A stretch of DNA of 56,672 nucleotides from Patescibacteria group bacterium (GTDB lineage: Bacteria > Patescibacteriota > Minisyncoccia > Minisyncoccales > CG1-02-41-26). A program made the translations under genes and the position numbers. Below, one piece after another: positions 15,850 through 24,297 of this stretch. The stretch is from contig JAMCXQ010000005.1 of the NCBI GenBank assembly GCA_023474835.1, positions 1-56,672 of the forward strand, in the 5' to 3' direction. The notes below the pieces were generated by a model. It was not told where the DNA came from. It saw nothing but the letters and a program-made list of their open reading frames with translations, and searched no databases. Numbering within the stretch: the first letter of the stretch is position 1; the number at the start of each line of letters is the position of its first letter.

Positions 15850-16563
15850 ATGTCAAACAAAGAAAAACAATTGGATTTTTTTGATGATCATGTTTGGGAG
15901 TTGTCGGAAAGTATTAGAAAACAGATAGAAAAAAGAAAGAAGGTGTCAAAGAGGGGAGTAATTGCACAAGAAGAGAGGGCGACAGAACTTTTTACTGAAC
16001 AAAGCGTAAAACGCACCTCTCCATTTCAAAAAATGTTTGAGGATACAACAGAATGCATCGGGTCTCCGGTTCGCATATCTACCTCGTTGTTTAATGCGGT
16101 TTTCGAGAAGATGGAAAAAGAAAAAAGTCTAAAGAATGCTATTTTGAAAATTGACAGAACGGATTTATTAAAAGAGGCAAAGAAGTTTGGGCTGAAGGTT
16201 TATAAAGCTTACGAACGGCAGAAGAATGGACAATTATTGAAGTATCAATTCTTGCCTTTTCGACTTGAACCGTACAATGGTATGGTGGAGGTGAAAATTG
16301 GCTTGCCGTTTGAAGGCAAGGGGGGGGATATGGCTGCGTTGTTAAGAACACTCAAAAAAAGATTTGCACTTCCTGGGATAGTGGATAATGATGGGATACG
16401 GATAACCATTTTTTTGGAAGGTGAAAATATGCCGTTTTTAAAGCCACTTGATTATCGCGTAGGCAACAAAGAGTATATCACAAGAAAAGAGGCAAAAAGT
16501 TTGGGGTTCATTAAGAAAGATGGTGTGGAACCGGATATGCCCGACAACGGTGATAATGAGTAG
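15850..16563 (+). CDS. hypothetical protein
   Basis: Long ORF with a plausible promoter (TTGATT, 16-nt spacer, TATAGT) upstream. No family recognised. Confidence 0.5.
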   Translation: MSNKEKQLDFFDDHVWELSESIRKQIEKRKKVSKRGVIAQEERATELFTEQSVKRTSPFQKMFEDTTECIGSPVRISTSLFNAVFEKMEKEKSLKNAILKIDRTDLLKEAKKFGLKVYKAYERQKNGQLLKYQFLPFRLEPYNGMVEVKIGLPFEGKGGDMAALLRTLKKRFALPGIVDNDGIRITIFLEGENMPFLKPLDYRVGNKEYITRKEAKSLGFIKKDGVEPDMPDNGDNE

Positions 16564-16589
16564 TAGCAATTCTTAAAAGATATTGGGGC

Positions 16590-17030
16590 TTATTTCTTGC
16601 CCTCTTTTTCTATATGGGGGAATGGTAAATATGGTTGTCCTTCTTTCTCATCTTTTTTAATTTTTATCTGTTCTAGAAGAATCGCCTCTATTTTTTCTGG
16701 GTTTTTAATTTCTAATGACTCGAGCACCCTAAGTGCGTTTTCCAATTCTTCAAGCGTGGGCTCGTCATTATGTTTGTCGGATTTTCCTCCAAATTTATAA
16801 ACAATGGCGCTGTCGATAAAATCCCGCAAATTATCTCCTGTTAATTTGTGATCTTGACCAACGAGAAGGGCCGCCTGATTTTTTGAGTATGCCCTTTTTA
16901 TACCATCAAAACCAGCAAATCCATCAGGGGAGCCGTGCACCTCAAAAAGTATTTTTTCTCTTTTTTCGCCCTTTGTCTCTTCAGGCTTATCTTGATCAGT
17001 TTTTTCTTTGTGCAAACCAGGTGAGTTCAT
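16590..17030 (-). CDS. hypothetical protein (charged, Lys/Glu-rich ends)
   Basis: The ORF is the only evidence; no motif recognised. Confidence 0.4.
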   Translation of the reverse strand: MNSPGLHKEKTDQDKPEETKGEKREKILFEVHGSPDGFAGFDGIKRAYSKNQAALLVGQDHKLTGDNLRDFIDSAIVYKFGGKSDKHNDEPTLEELENALRVLESLEIKNPEKIEAILLEQIKIKKDEKEGQPYLPFPHIEKEGKK

Positions 17031-17101
17031 AATTTTATTTGAATTAGTTTTTTATTATTGGACCTTTTTTGAAATCTTCAACTATCCAGCCAAAGACAGT
17101 A

Positions 17102-18406
17102 TTAAACGGTTTGGCAATAATCGCCAAAGCCGTATTTTTCTTTGAGCAGGTTTATTTTTTCCACAGTTAAATTATAGTATTTGGCTCGCTGCGACATTTT
17201 ATATTCCATTACCAGGTCATCTATTGTCGGTTTGGCCAGCTCGGGCGTTTCGAGGGAGTTGCTGTTTTTGTTTTGGCGGCCCTGAAAAGTTTGCTCAATA
17301 AAAGCCTCAAGGTCGGGGAAAGACGCGGTTTCTCGGTTGTACTTTTTGCCGTATTTGGCAATTATTTTGGCGATTTCTTTTTCGTTAAATCCCAGTGCTC
17401 TTAACTGGTCAAATAAGTGCAGGGCTATTGACAGCTTGTCTTGGTTTAGGTTGTAAAAGTTTTCCCTCCCGAGCATAGGCTGATTTAAGTCGCATAAAAT
17501 TTCATAATAAGCCCCCATTGTTTGAGGGTCAGACCCTCTCTCGGCGGCGCTTTTCTCTAAAAAAAGCCATTTGTCATTTTGCATTTCTTTTTCTACCTCT
17601 TCTTTTATTTCGCTTTTATTTTTTATTGGCTGCAGATTTTTTACTTTTTTATACAAAGAAGGGCTTTCTCCTTTGGGAAATTGGCTGATGTTCGCCTGGC
17701 CTTCCAAAAGCTCGTTTTCTTGAAAATATAAAAGCATTTTTTTTAGGTAACCGTATCTTTCTTTTATCTTTGTTTTTTTGGCTGGGTTATTAGGGTTTGT
17801 TGCCATTAAAGCTTTTAATTGTTCTCGGTGGATATTTTCATGAAGTATAACAGCAGGCAGGGCTCCGAAGTGATTAAATTTCAAAAAATGTTTAAGCCGT
17901 GATTTCAAGTCAGCGGGGGTCTCTTTGAAAAAAAGATGCTGTTTCTCTTTGGGTGTTGAAGGGTTGCCGTAAAATATTTTAATTTTATCGTCTAGGGGAT
18001 TAAATGTCCCGAAACAAAGACCTTCTTCCCAAAATTCTTTTTGGTTTTTGAAGTTAAACGGGATAAACTCGGTTTCTGCGGAATAAAGTTGGGCAGATAA
18101 ATCAGGAGTTAACGGGTTTATGCCAAATTCAGCCATAGGCCGGAAAAAATCCCTCCACTGCACCAGCTCAAAAATATCTTTACACAGGGCGGATAATTTT
18201 TTCTGGCTTAAAGAATCAACAAACCGGTCAACGGCTTGCGCGTATTCTTTGAAACCGCCCAATTTTTCCAATAAGCCGCCAGCCTTCTCTTTGGCTGTTT
18301 TCAACTCTTCCCAAGACTTGTTTAATTCGTCTGTTTCCTCGCCGTTTTCTTTTTCGGAGCCTGCCGTTGGCCCTTTTTCAAAATTAAGTTTTTTGCCATT
18401 GGCCAT
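17102..18406 (-). CDS. hypothetical protein with HExxH motif
   Basis: The start was moved to MANGKKLNF (18406), which removes the 62-nt overlap with cysS. VILHENIHRE is a possible zinc-metalloprotease-type HExxH. No family recognised. Confidence 0.55.
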   Translation of the reverse strand: MANGKKLNFEKGPTAGSEKENGEETDELNKSWEELKTAKEKAGGLLEKLGGFKEYAQAVDRFVDSLSQKKLSALCKDIFELVQWRDFFRPMAEFGINPLTPDLSAQLYSAETEFIPFNFKNQKEFWEEGLCFGTFNPLDDKIKIFYGNPSTPKEKQHLFFKETPADLKSRLKHFLKFNHFGALPAVILHENIHREQLKALMATNPNNPAKKTKIKERYGYLKKMLLYFQENELLEGQANISQFPKGESPSLYKKVKNLQPIKNKSEIKEEVEKEMQNDKWLFLEKSAAERGSDPQTMGAYYEILCDLNQPMLGRENFYNLNQDKLSIALHLFDQLRALGFNEKEIAKIIAKYGKKYNRETASFPDLEAFIEQTFQGRQNKNSNSLETPELAKPTIDDLVMEYKMSQRAKYYNLTVEKINLLKEKYGFGDYCQTV

Positions 18407-18410
18407 AAAG

Positions 18411-19820
18411 TCAGTTTTGTTTAATTGTCGGGCCTTGCGCGGTATCCTCAACCTCATAGCCCAGTTTTTCAATCTTCTTTCTTATTTCGTCAGCCAATTG
18501 CCATTCTTTGGCTTTGCGAAGTTTTTCCCGTTGCTCTGCCAAATCCAAAACCTCTTTGGGTGTTTCCCGCGCTTTGATTTTGTCCAAATCCAGGCCGAAA
18601 ACTTTGTCAAAGTCCAAAGCCAGGCCGTATTTTTCCTGGTTGGCCAAGTTTTTGTCGTCAAGCATTTTCCACGTCAAAGCCAGTGCCTGCGGTATGTTCA
18701 GATCATTGTTAACAAACTCCAAAAACCTTTCTTTATAGTTTTTGGCGCGCAGAGACCACCTCTCCGCAACTTGCACAGAGGCGGTCTCTGCAACTTTTTT
18801 GTAAAAGTTATTTAGTGCGTTTTGCGCCGCCTGCAAACTTTCAAAGCTAAAAGCCAGCTTTGAGCGATAATGCGCGCTCAGGCACAAATAGCGGTAAGAC
18901 AGGGGATTGAACCCTTTTTCTTTCAAAACGTCAACAGTCAGAATATTGCCCTCGGACTTTGCCATTTTTTCGCCCCGCATATTCAGAAAATCGCCGTGCA
19001 TCCAGAAATTCGCCATCATAATTCCATAAGCCGCCTGCGTCTGGGCGATTTCATTGGTGTGGTGCACCTGGATATGGTCAATGCCCCCGCAATGAATGTC
19101 AAAGGGCAGGCCCAGTTCTTTTTTGCTCATTGCCACACACTCGGTGTGCCAGCCCGGAAAGCCGATTCCCCAGGGGCTAGGCCATTCCATTTGCCGCTTC
19201 TGGTCTTTCAATGAAAATTTCCACAAAGCAAAGTCAGCGGCGTTTTTTTTACCCTCAACCACTTCCACCCGGGCGCCGGCTTTCATTTTTGCCGGTTTTT
19301 TGTTGCCCCAAAGAACCCCGTAGTTTTTTAATTTTGTAGTGTCAAAATAAACTCCGTCGCTGATTGTGTAAGTAAAGCCCTTTCGCTCTAAAATTTTTAT
19401 AATGTCAATTTGTTCTTGTATGGTGTCGGTTGCTTTTATCCAAACATTTGGCGGCAAAACGTTTAAAGCCGCCAAATCCTTTTTGAACTGGGTAGTGTAA
19501 AACTCCGCCACTTCCCAAACTGTCTTTTTTTCCCGGGCCGCGCCTTTTTCCAGCTTGTCTTCGCCCGTGTCCGCGTCCGAAGTCAAATGTCCCACGTCCG
19601 TGATATTCATCACGTGTTTTACGGAGAAGCCGTTGTATGCCAAAATTCTTTTGAGAAAGTCCTCAAACAAATAACTGCGCAGATTGCCGATGTGCGCGAA
19701 ATAATAAACAGTAGGGCCGCAGCAGTAAAGCCGGACATCTTTTGAGGGTTTGCCCTGAGTTTGGCGAAGGGGCTTAAAAATTTGCTTTTTGCGGCCAAGA
19801 GTGTTGTATAGGGTAAGCAT
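18411..19820 (-). CDS. cysS: cysteine--tRNA ligase
   Basis: MLTLYNTLGRKKQIF start, HIGN (FAHIGNLRSY), KMAKS (KMSKS-type), and WPSPWGIGFPGWHTEC. Confidence 0.93.
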   Translation of the reverse strand: MLTLYNTLGRKKQIFKPLRQTQGKPSKDVRLYCCGPTVYYFAHIGNLRSYLFEDFLKRILAYNGFSVKHVMNITDVGHLTSDADTGEDKLEKGAAREKKTVWEVAEFYTTQFKKDLAALNVLPPNVWIKATDTIQEQIDIIKILERKGFTYTISDGVYFDTTKLKNYGVLWGNKKPAKMKAGARVEVVEGKKNAADFALWKFSLKDQKRQMEWPSPWGIGFPGWHTECVAMSKKELGLPFDIHCGGIDHIQVHHTNEIAQTQAAYGIMMANFWMHGDFLNMRGEKMAKSEGNILTVDVLKEKGFNPLSYRYLCLSAHYRSKLAFSFESLQAAQNALNNFYKKVAETASVQVAERWSLRAKNYKERFLEFVNNDLNIPQALALTWKMLDDKNLANQEKYGLALDFDKVFGLDLDKIKARETPKEVLDLAEQREKLRKAKEWQLADEIRKKIEKLGYEVEDTAQGPTIKQN

Positions 19821-19893
19821 AGGGGGTAGGGGAAACGGTTGGACCATTATAGCTCCGTTTTGCTTTTTCGCCAAGTTTTTGTTAAGATGAGCT

Positions 19894-21000
19894 ATGCCAA
19901 ATTTAGTGTTATACCGCAAATATCGTCCTAAATTGTTCAGTGAAGTAATCGGCCAGGAGCATATTATAAAAACCCTTGAGGGCGCCATTTCCGAAGGGAT
20001 TTTTGGCCACGCTTATTTGTTTTCCGGGCCGCGGGGCTGCGGCAAAACAACTGTTGCGCGGCTTTTGGCAAAGGCGCTGAACTGCCAAAAAAGAAAATCG
20101 GGCGAATTTGAGCCTTGCAACCAGTGCGATTCTTGTTTGGAAATTTCAGAAGGCCGGGCCATTGATCTTATTGAAATTGACGCGGCAAGCAACCGGGGCA
20201 TTGACGAAATCAGGGAGTTGAAAGAAGGCATCAGGTTTTTGCCTGCCAAATCAAAATTCAAGGTGTTTATTTTGGACGAGGCGCACCAGCTTTCCAAAGA
20301 CGCCGCCAATGCCCTGCTCAAAACCCTGGAAGAGCCGCCCGGCCACGCCATTTTTATTTTAGCCACCACCGAGGCGAACAAAATGATTCCCACAATTTTG
20401 TCGCGCTGCCAGAAATTCGATTTCAGAAGATTGAAACTGGGGGAGATTGTCGGCCGCCTGGAAAGCATTTTGCAGCAGGAGAAAATAAAATTTGAAAAAG
20501 AGGCGCTGAGCTTAATTGCCGCTCACGCCGCCGGCTCAAGCCGCGACGCGGAGTCATTGCTTGACGAAGCGGTAAGTTTTTTCGGCCAGGACGGCTTGAT
20601 AACAAAAAAAGAAATCGAAGTTTTGCTGGGTTTGGCCGACATTGAAGCGGTTTTTAAGTTTATCGGGTTTTTAAGCCAGAAAAAAGCCAAAGAAGCCGTT
20701 GATTTCATAGCCGATTTGATGGAGCAGGGGATTGACATCAAAGAGTTTCTGCAAACCGTTATTATGTATTTCAGGGAAATTCTGCTTTTGCACATAGACG
20801 TTGGTTTTCAGGACGATTTGCTTTTCGGCTTGTCCGAGGAAGAAAAAGCAAAACTGCGCGATTTGGCAAAAAGTTTTTCCGAACAACAGACCAAGCAGAT
20901 TTTGGAAATTTTCACTGACGCGGAAAACAAAATGAAATACGCCACGATTTTGCAGCTTCCTTTGGAAATGGCGGTGGTTGAAATCTGTATTGAGAATTAA
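19894..21000 (+). CDS. dnaX: DNA polymerase III subunit gamma/tau (short form)
   Basis: LYRKYRPKLFSEVIGQEH, GPRGCGKTT, a Cys cluster (CQKRK..CNQCDSC), ILDEAHQL and SRCQKFDF. Confidence 0.9.
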   Translation: MPNLVLYRKYRPKLFSEVIGQEHIIKTLEGAISEGIFGHAYLFSGPRGCGKTTVARLLAKALNCQKRKSGEFEPCNQCDSCLEISEGRAIDLIEIDAASNRGIDEIRELKEGIRFLPAKSKFKVFILDEAHQLSKDAANALLKTLEEPPGHAIFILATTEANKMIPTILSRCQKFDFRRLKLGEIVGRLESILQQEKIKFEKEALSLIAAHAAGSSRDAESLLDEAVSFFGQDGLITKKEIEVLLGLADIEAVFKFIGFLSQKKAKEAVDFIADLMEQGIDIKEFLQTVIMYFREILLLHIDVGFQDDLLFGLSEEEKAKLRDLAKSFSEQQTKQILEIFTDAENKMKYATILQLPLEMAVVEICIEN

Positions 21001-21042
21001 GTAAAGTAGTTTGGTGCCGGTGTTTCGGATTTATCGTCGAAA

Positions 21043-21163
21043 TTGCCGGGTCGTCTAATGGGTCAAAGCCAACTACTTGGCTTTGACGGGCGATTTAGGA
21101 AATCGCCCCCGATTTCCATTAAAAATCGCCCAGGTCTTCCTTAAAAAGTTAGGCAAATTTATT
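21043..21163 (+). repeat. tRNA-linked structured repeat: 19-nt copy of the tRNA-Gln 5' end followed by a hairpin pair
   Basis: 21043-21061 is identical to 21163-21181. HP1 GTCAAAGCCAA-CTAC-TTGGCTTTGAC is at 21062-21087 and HP2 at 21088-21131, followed by AGGTCTTCCTTAA. Same family as 10464-10684. Confidence 0.75.
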
Positions 21164-21235
21164 TGCCGGGTCGTCTAATGGTAGGACGTCTCCCTTTGGA
21201 GGAGAATATTCTAGGTTCGAATCCTAGCCCGGCAG
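21164..21235 (+). tRNA. tRNA-Gln (anticodon TTG)
   Basis: Acceptor TGCCGGG/CCCGGCA (U1-A72, as in bacterial tRNA-Gln), anticodon arm TCTCC-CTTTGGA-GGAGA, T arm CTAGG-TTCGAAT-CCTAG. Confidence 0.85.
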
Positions 21236-21280
21236 CTGATAGAAAATCTTGTTGCGAAGCAACTTAGATTTTCATCATCC

Positions 21281-21406
21281 CGAACTGAAATTGTTTTAAA
21301 ATATTCAGAACAATTCGAAACCTTAAAACAAGCCAGACACCGTGAGGCTGAAATCAAAAGCTGGCGCCGCGAAAAGAAATTAGCGTTAATGAGTCATGGC
21401 AAATAG
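21281..21406 (+). pseudogene. C-terminal remnant of a GIY-YIG (UPF0213-like) nuclease gene
   Basis: Translates as RTEIVLKYSEQFETLKQARHREAEIKSWRREKKLALMSHGK*, which resembles only the last ~40 aa of small GIY-YIG proteins. There is no start codon or N-terminal GIY-YIG part. Its stop overlaps the MTase start. Confidence 0.45.
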
Positions 21407-22502
21407 TAATCTTACTAACGCGAAACAGGCAAAGAATGATGAGTTTTACACGCAATATGGCGATATTCAAAAAGAGATTGAGGCGTATTTGGAATTTAAC
21501 CCAAATGTATTTCGGGGCAGGGTTGTGTATTGCAACTGCGACGATCCGTTTGAAAGCAATTTTTTTCGCTATTTTACGCTTAATTTCAACAAGCTTGGCT
21601 TAAAACAGCTTATTACCACAAGCTACAAGCCCTCGCCCGTAGCCAACACGCAACTGAAATTGTTTGGCGATGATAAAACCCTTACAAAATCAAAGGGCCG
21701 CCCCAAGATAACCGCCAATAAATTTATTATCAATGAAGTAGCTGATATGGACAGCGATGGCGATTTTGATTTAAAGGACATTGCCAAGCAGTTAAAGGCG
21801 AATAAGCACAATGAATGGACGCCGCTTGAGAAAGACGGCGATTTTAGAAGTTCCGAATGCGTAAAATTATTGAAGCAATCAGACATCGTGGTAACAAATC
21901 CGCCGTTTAGTTTGTTTCGTGAATACGTGAAACAACTTATTGAGTATAATAAAAAGTTTGTGATTATCGGCAACAAAAATTGCGTGACATACAAGGAAAT
22001 TTTCCCATTGATTAAAGACAACAAAATGTGGTCTGGCAAAACAGAATGGTCTGGCGGGTTATGGTTCGTAACCATGGATGATGGCGATGTAGATAAAGTA
22101 GTCAATGGCGTTAATATGAAGAATGTGTCTTCTGTTTGGTTTACCAACATAGACCACGGCAGGCGGCATCAGCCATTGCCGCTTATGACAATGGAAGAAA
22201 ATTTGAAATACAGCAAACACAAAGAAATTCAAGGCAAATCGTCGTATGACAAATATGACAACTACGACGCCATAGAAGTGCCCTTTACTGACGCTATCCC
22301 AAGCGATTATAGCGGCGTAATGGGTGTGCCCATCAGTTTTTTGGATAAATATAGCCCCGAACAATTTGAGATTGTTGGGATGGCAGAGGATAATGGCAAA
22401 GGTTTCTCTGGCGGAATTTGGGACGGCAAAAATCCTCACTGTGTCATAAACGGAGAAAATAAGTTCAAGCGAATTTTTATTAAGCATAAGAAAGTTAAGT
22501 AA
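21396..22502 (+). CDS. N6-adenine DNA methyltransferase, EcoRI-methylase-like family
   Basis: N-terminal KNDEFYTQY, catalytic IVVTNPPFSLF (NPPF), and no adjacent restriction endonuclease recognised. Confidence 0.75.
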   Translation: MANSNLTNAKQAKNDEFYTQYGDIQKEIEAYLEFNPNVFRGRVVYCNCDDPFESNFFRYFTLNFNKLGLKQLITTSYKPSPVANTQLKLFGDDKTLTKSKGRPKITANKFIINEVADMDSDGDFDLKDIAKQLKANKHNEWTPLEKDGDFRSSECVKLLKQSDIVVTNPPFSLFREYVKQLIEYNKKFVIIGNKNCVTYKEIFPLIKDNKMWSGKTEWSGGLWFVTMDDGDVDKVVNGVNMKNVSSVWFTNIDHGRRHQPLPLMTMEENLKYSKHKEIQGKSSYDKYDNYDAIEVPFTDAIPSDYSGVMGVPISFLDKYSPEQFEIVGMAEDNGKGFSGGIWDGKNPHCVINGENKFKRIFIKHKKVK

Positions 22503-22508
22503 AAAAAT

Positions 22509-23018
22509 ATGGCAACAAAAAGACAAGTTTTTTACAGTTTTCATTACAAACCAGATTGTTGGCGAGCTTCCCAAGTTCGAAATATTGGAGCCATTGAAGG
22601 GAATAAACCAGCACCTGATAATGATTGGGAAACTATTATAAGAAGTGGCGATGACGCTATTAAAAAATGGATTAAAGATCAAATGAAATACCGATCATGC
22701 ACGGTTGTGCTTGTCGGCGAAAATACTGCTAATCGCAAATGGATAAATCATGAAATAGTTGAATCATGGAATGCAGGAATGGGAGTTGTTGGAATTTGTA
22801 TTCATGGTTTAAAAAATCAAGATGGATATATTGCAAATCAAGGACATGATCCATTCAATTACATTACATATGGCGATAGCGGTAAAAAATTATCATCAAT
22901 AGTAAAATGTTATAATCCGTCAGGAAGTAATAGTAAAGAAAGATATGATTGGATTTATCAATATATTTCTGATGCTGTTGAAGAAGCTATAAGAATTAGA
23001 AATAATTATTCAAAATAA
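22509..23018 (+). CDS. TIR-like protein (DUF1863/ThsB-type)
   Basis: RQVFYSFHYKPDCWRASQVRN, TVVLVGENTANRKWINHEIVESW and GVVGICIHGLKN, a pattern I associate with ThsB-type TIR-like domains. Confidence 0.7.
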   Translation: MATKRQVFYSFHYKPDCWRASQVRNIGAIEGNKPAPDNDWETIIRSGDDAIKKWIKDQMKYRSCTVVLVGENTANRKWINHEIVESWNAGMGVVGICIHGLKNQDGYIANQGHDPFNYITYGDSGKKLSSIVKCYNPSGSNSKERYDWIYQYISDAVEEAIRIRNNYSK

Positions 23019-23021
23019 AAT

Positions 23022-23459
23022 ATGGAAAATCCAACTGAATACAAACATTGTCCAAATAAAATTGCACACTTGCAGATGATTCAAGGTGTTATTGATCGTA
23101 TGGCCGGAAATTTATTTTATCTAAGGGGGTGGGCGATTACGCTACTTGCTGGGCTTTTTGCCATTTCTACTTCGGAAGCGTTAAGCCTCGCAAAGTGGGT
23201 TCCGTTATTATTTTTTGTTTTATTGATTTTATTTTGGATTTATGACGGATATTTTCTTTCTTTGGAGCGTAAATTTAGAGGTTTATATGATAAGATTAGG
23301 AAATTTCCGGAAGAGGAAATTGATTTTTCAATGAATATTGGAGAATTTAAAACTCATGCTGACAAAACGATGTTTGCTACAATATTATCTCCGACGCTAT
23401 TAGGATTTTACGGCATTCTAAGTTTGGCTATGCTGGTAATTATTAAATTTATTTTATAA
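23022..23459 (+). CDS. small membrane protein (3 predicted helices), candidate effector
   Basis: Hydrophobic helices lie at about aa 36-56, 59-78 and 119-143, with a charged linker SLERKFRGLYDKIRKFPEEEIDF. It is embedded between the two TIR-like genes with 3-nt and 1-nt gaps. Confidence 0.65.
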   Translation: MENPTEYKHCPNKIAHLQMIQGVIDRMAGNLFYLRGWAITLLAGLFAISTSEALSLAKWVPLLFFVLLILFWIYDGYFLSLERKFRGLYDKIRKFPEEEIDFSMNIGEFKTHADKTMFATILSPTLLGFYGILSLAMLVIIKFIL

Positions 23460-23460
23460 A

Positions 23461-24135
23461 ATGGCAAGAAAAATTTTCATTAGCTATAAATACGGAGATA
23501 CCGGCGTTCAACATATACCGCGCTATGGCGAATATGATGCAACGACAGCACGACATTATGTTGATGTTTTGCAAACAAAATTGGATGTGGCAGATCATAT
23601 CAATAAAGGGGAAAACGACGGCGAGGATATGAGTAAGTTTAAGGACGAAACGATAGAATCAAATTTGAGAAATAAAATTTTTGACAGTTCAATTACGATT
23701 GTCCTGATATCTAAAAATATGAAAGACCCCTATCTTGCCGAGGATGACCAGTGGATTCCTTGGGAAATTGCATACTCAATGAAAGAAATTACGCGCAACG
23801 GAAGAACAAGCGGAACAAATGCGATGCTAGCCGTCGTCCTCCCTGATGAGAATGGAAATTATTCGTATGTTGTAAATCACTATCAATGCGTAACTGTTTG
23901 GAATGTCGCATCTTTGTTTAAAATTATAGAAAGCAATATGTTTAATCGAAATCAGAAAAATTTAATTCGCTGCGTAACCTGCGGCGGTATTCATCATACA
24001 GGACAAGACCATTCATATATTCATCCAGTCAAATGGTGCGACTTCATTATTAACATTGATGGATATCTTAATCATGTTATTGGGCATCAAAGTAATCTTG
24101 ATAGTTTTGATATTGTAAAAGAAATAACGCATTAA
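23461..24135 (+). CDS. second TIR-like protein with Cys/His-rich C-terminal part
   Basis: ARKIFISYKYGD, ITIVLISKNMKD, QWIPWEIAYSM and a C-terminal CVTCGGIHHTGQDHSYIHPVKWCDF. Confidence 0.6.
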   Translation: MARKIFISYKYGDTGVQHIPRYGEYDATTARHYVDVLQTKLDVADHINKGENDGEDMSKFKDETIESNLRNKIFDSSITIVLISKNMKDPYLAEDDQWIPWEIAYSMKEITRNGRTSGTNAMLAVVLPDENGNYSYVVNHYQCVTVWNVASLFKIIESNMFNRNQKNLIRCVTCGGIHHTGQDHSYIHPVKWCDFIINIDGYLNHVIGHQSNLDSFDIVKEITH

Positions 24136-24145
24136 TTAAAAAAAT

Positions 24146-24199
24146 ATGAAAGCAATTTTAAAAAGCGACACTACTGTTAAAGATATTTGCGAGGGGTGA
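24146..24199 (+). pseudogene. 17-codon remnant of a DUF262-type gene start
   Basis: MKAILKSDTTVKDICEG* compared with [18 protein letters not shown] at 24930; 42 of 52 nt are identical by hand alignment. It starts 10 nt after the TIR gene stop. Confidence 0.6.
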
Positions 24200-24297
24200 A
24201 AATTATAGGCAATGGCGGGATTAAGTTGGAAAATTGAACTACCGAGGAATCCTCGGTAGTTCAAAAAACTTCGAATAAATTAGTTGAATAATAAGTT

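Noticed and set aside
21148-21154. GTTAGGC, identical to the integron attC/attI core, just upstream of tRNA-Gln
   Set aside because: A single 7-mer. There is no inverse core partner in the right geometry, no intI gene and no cassette array. Treated as coincidence.
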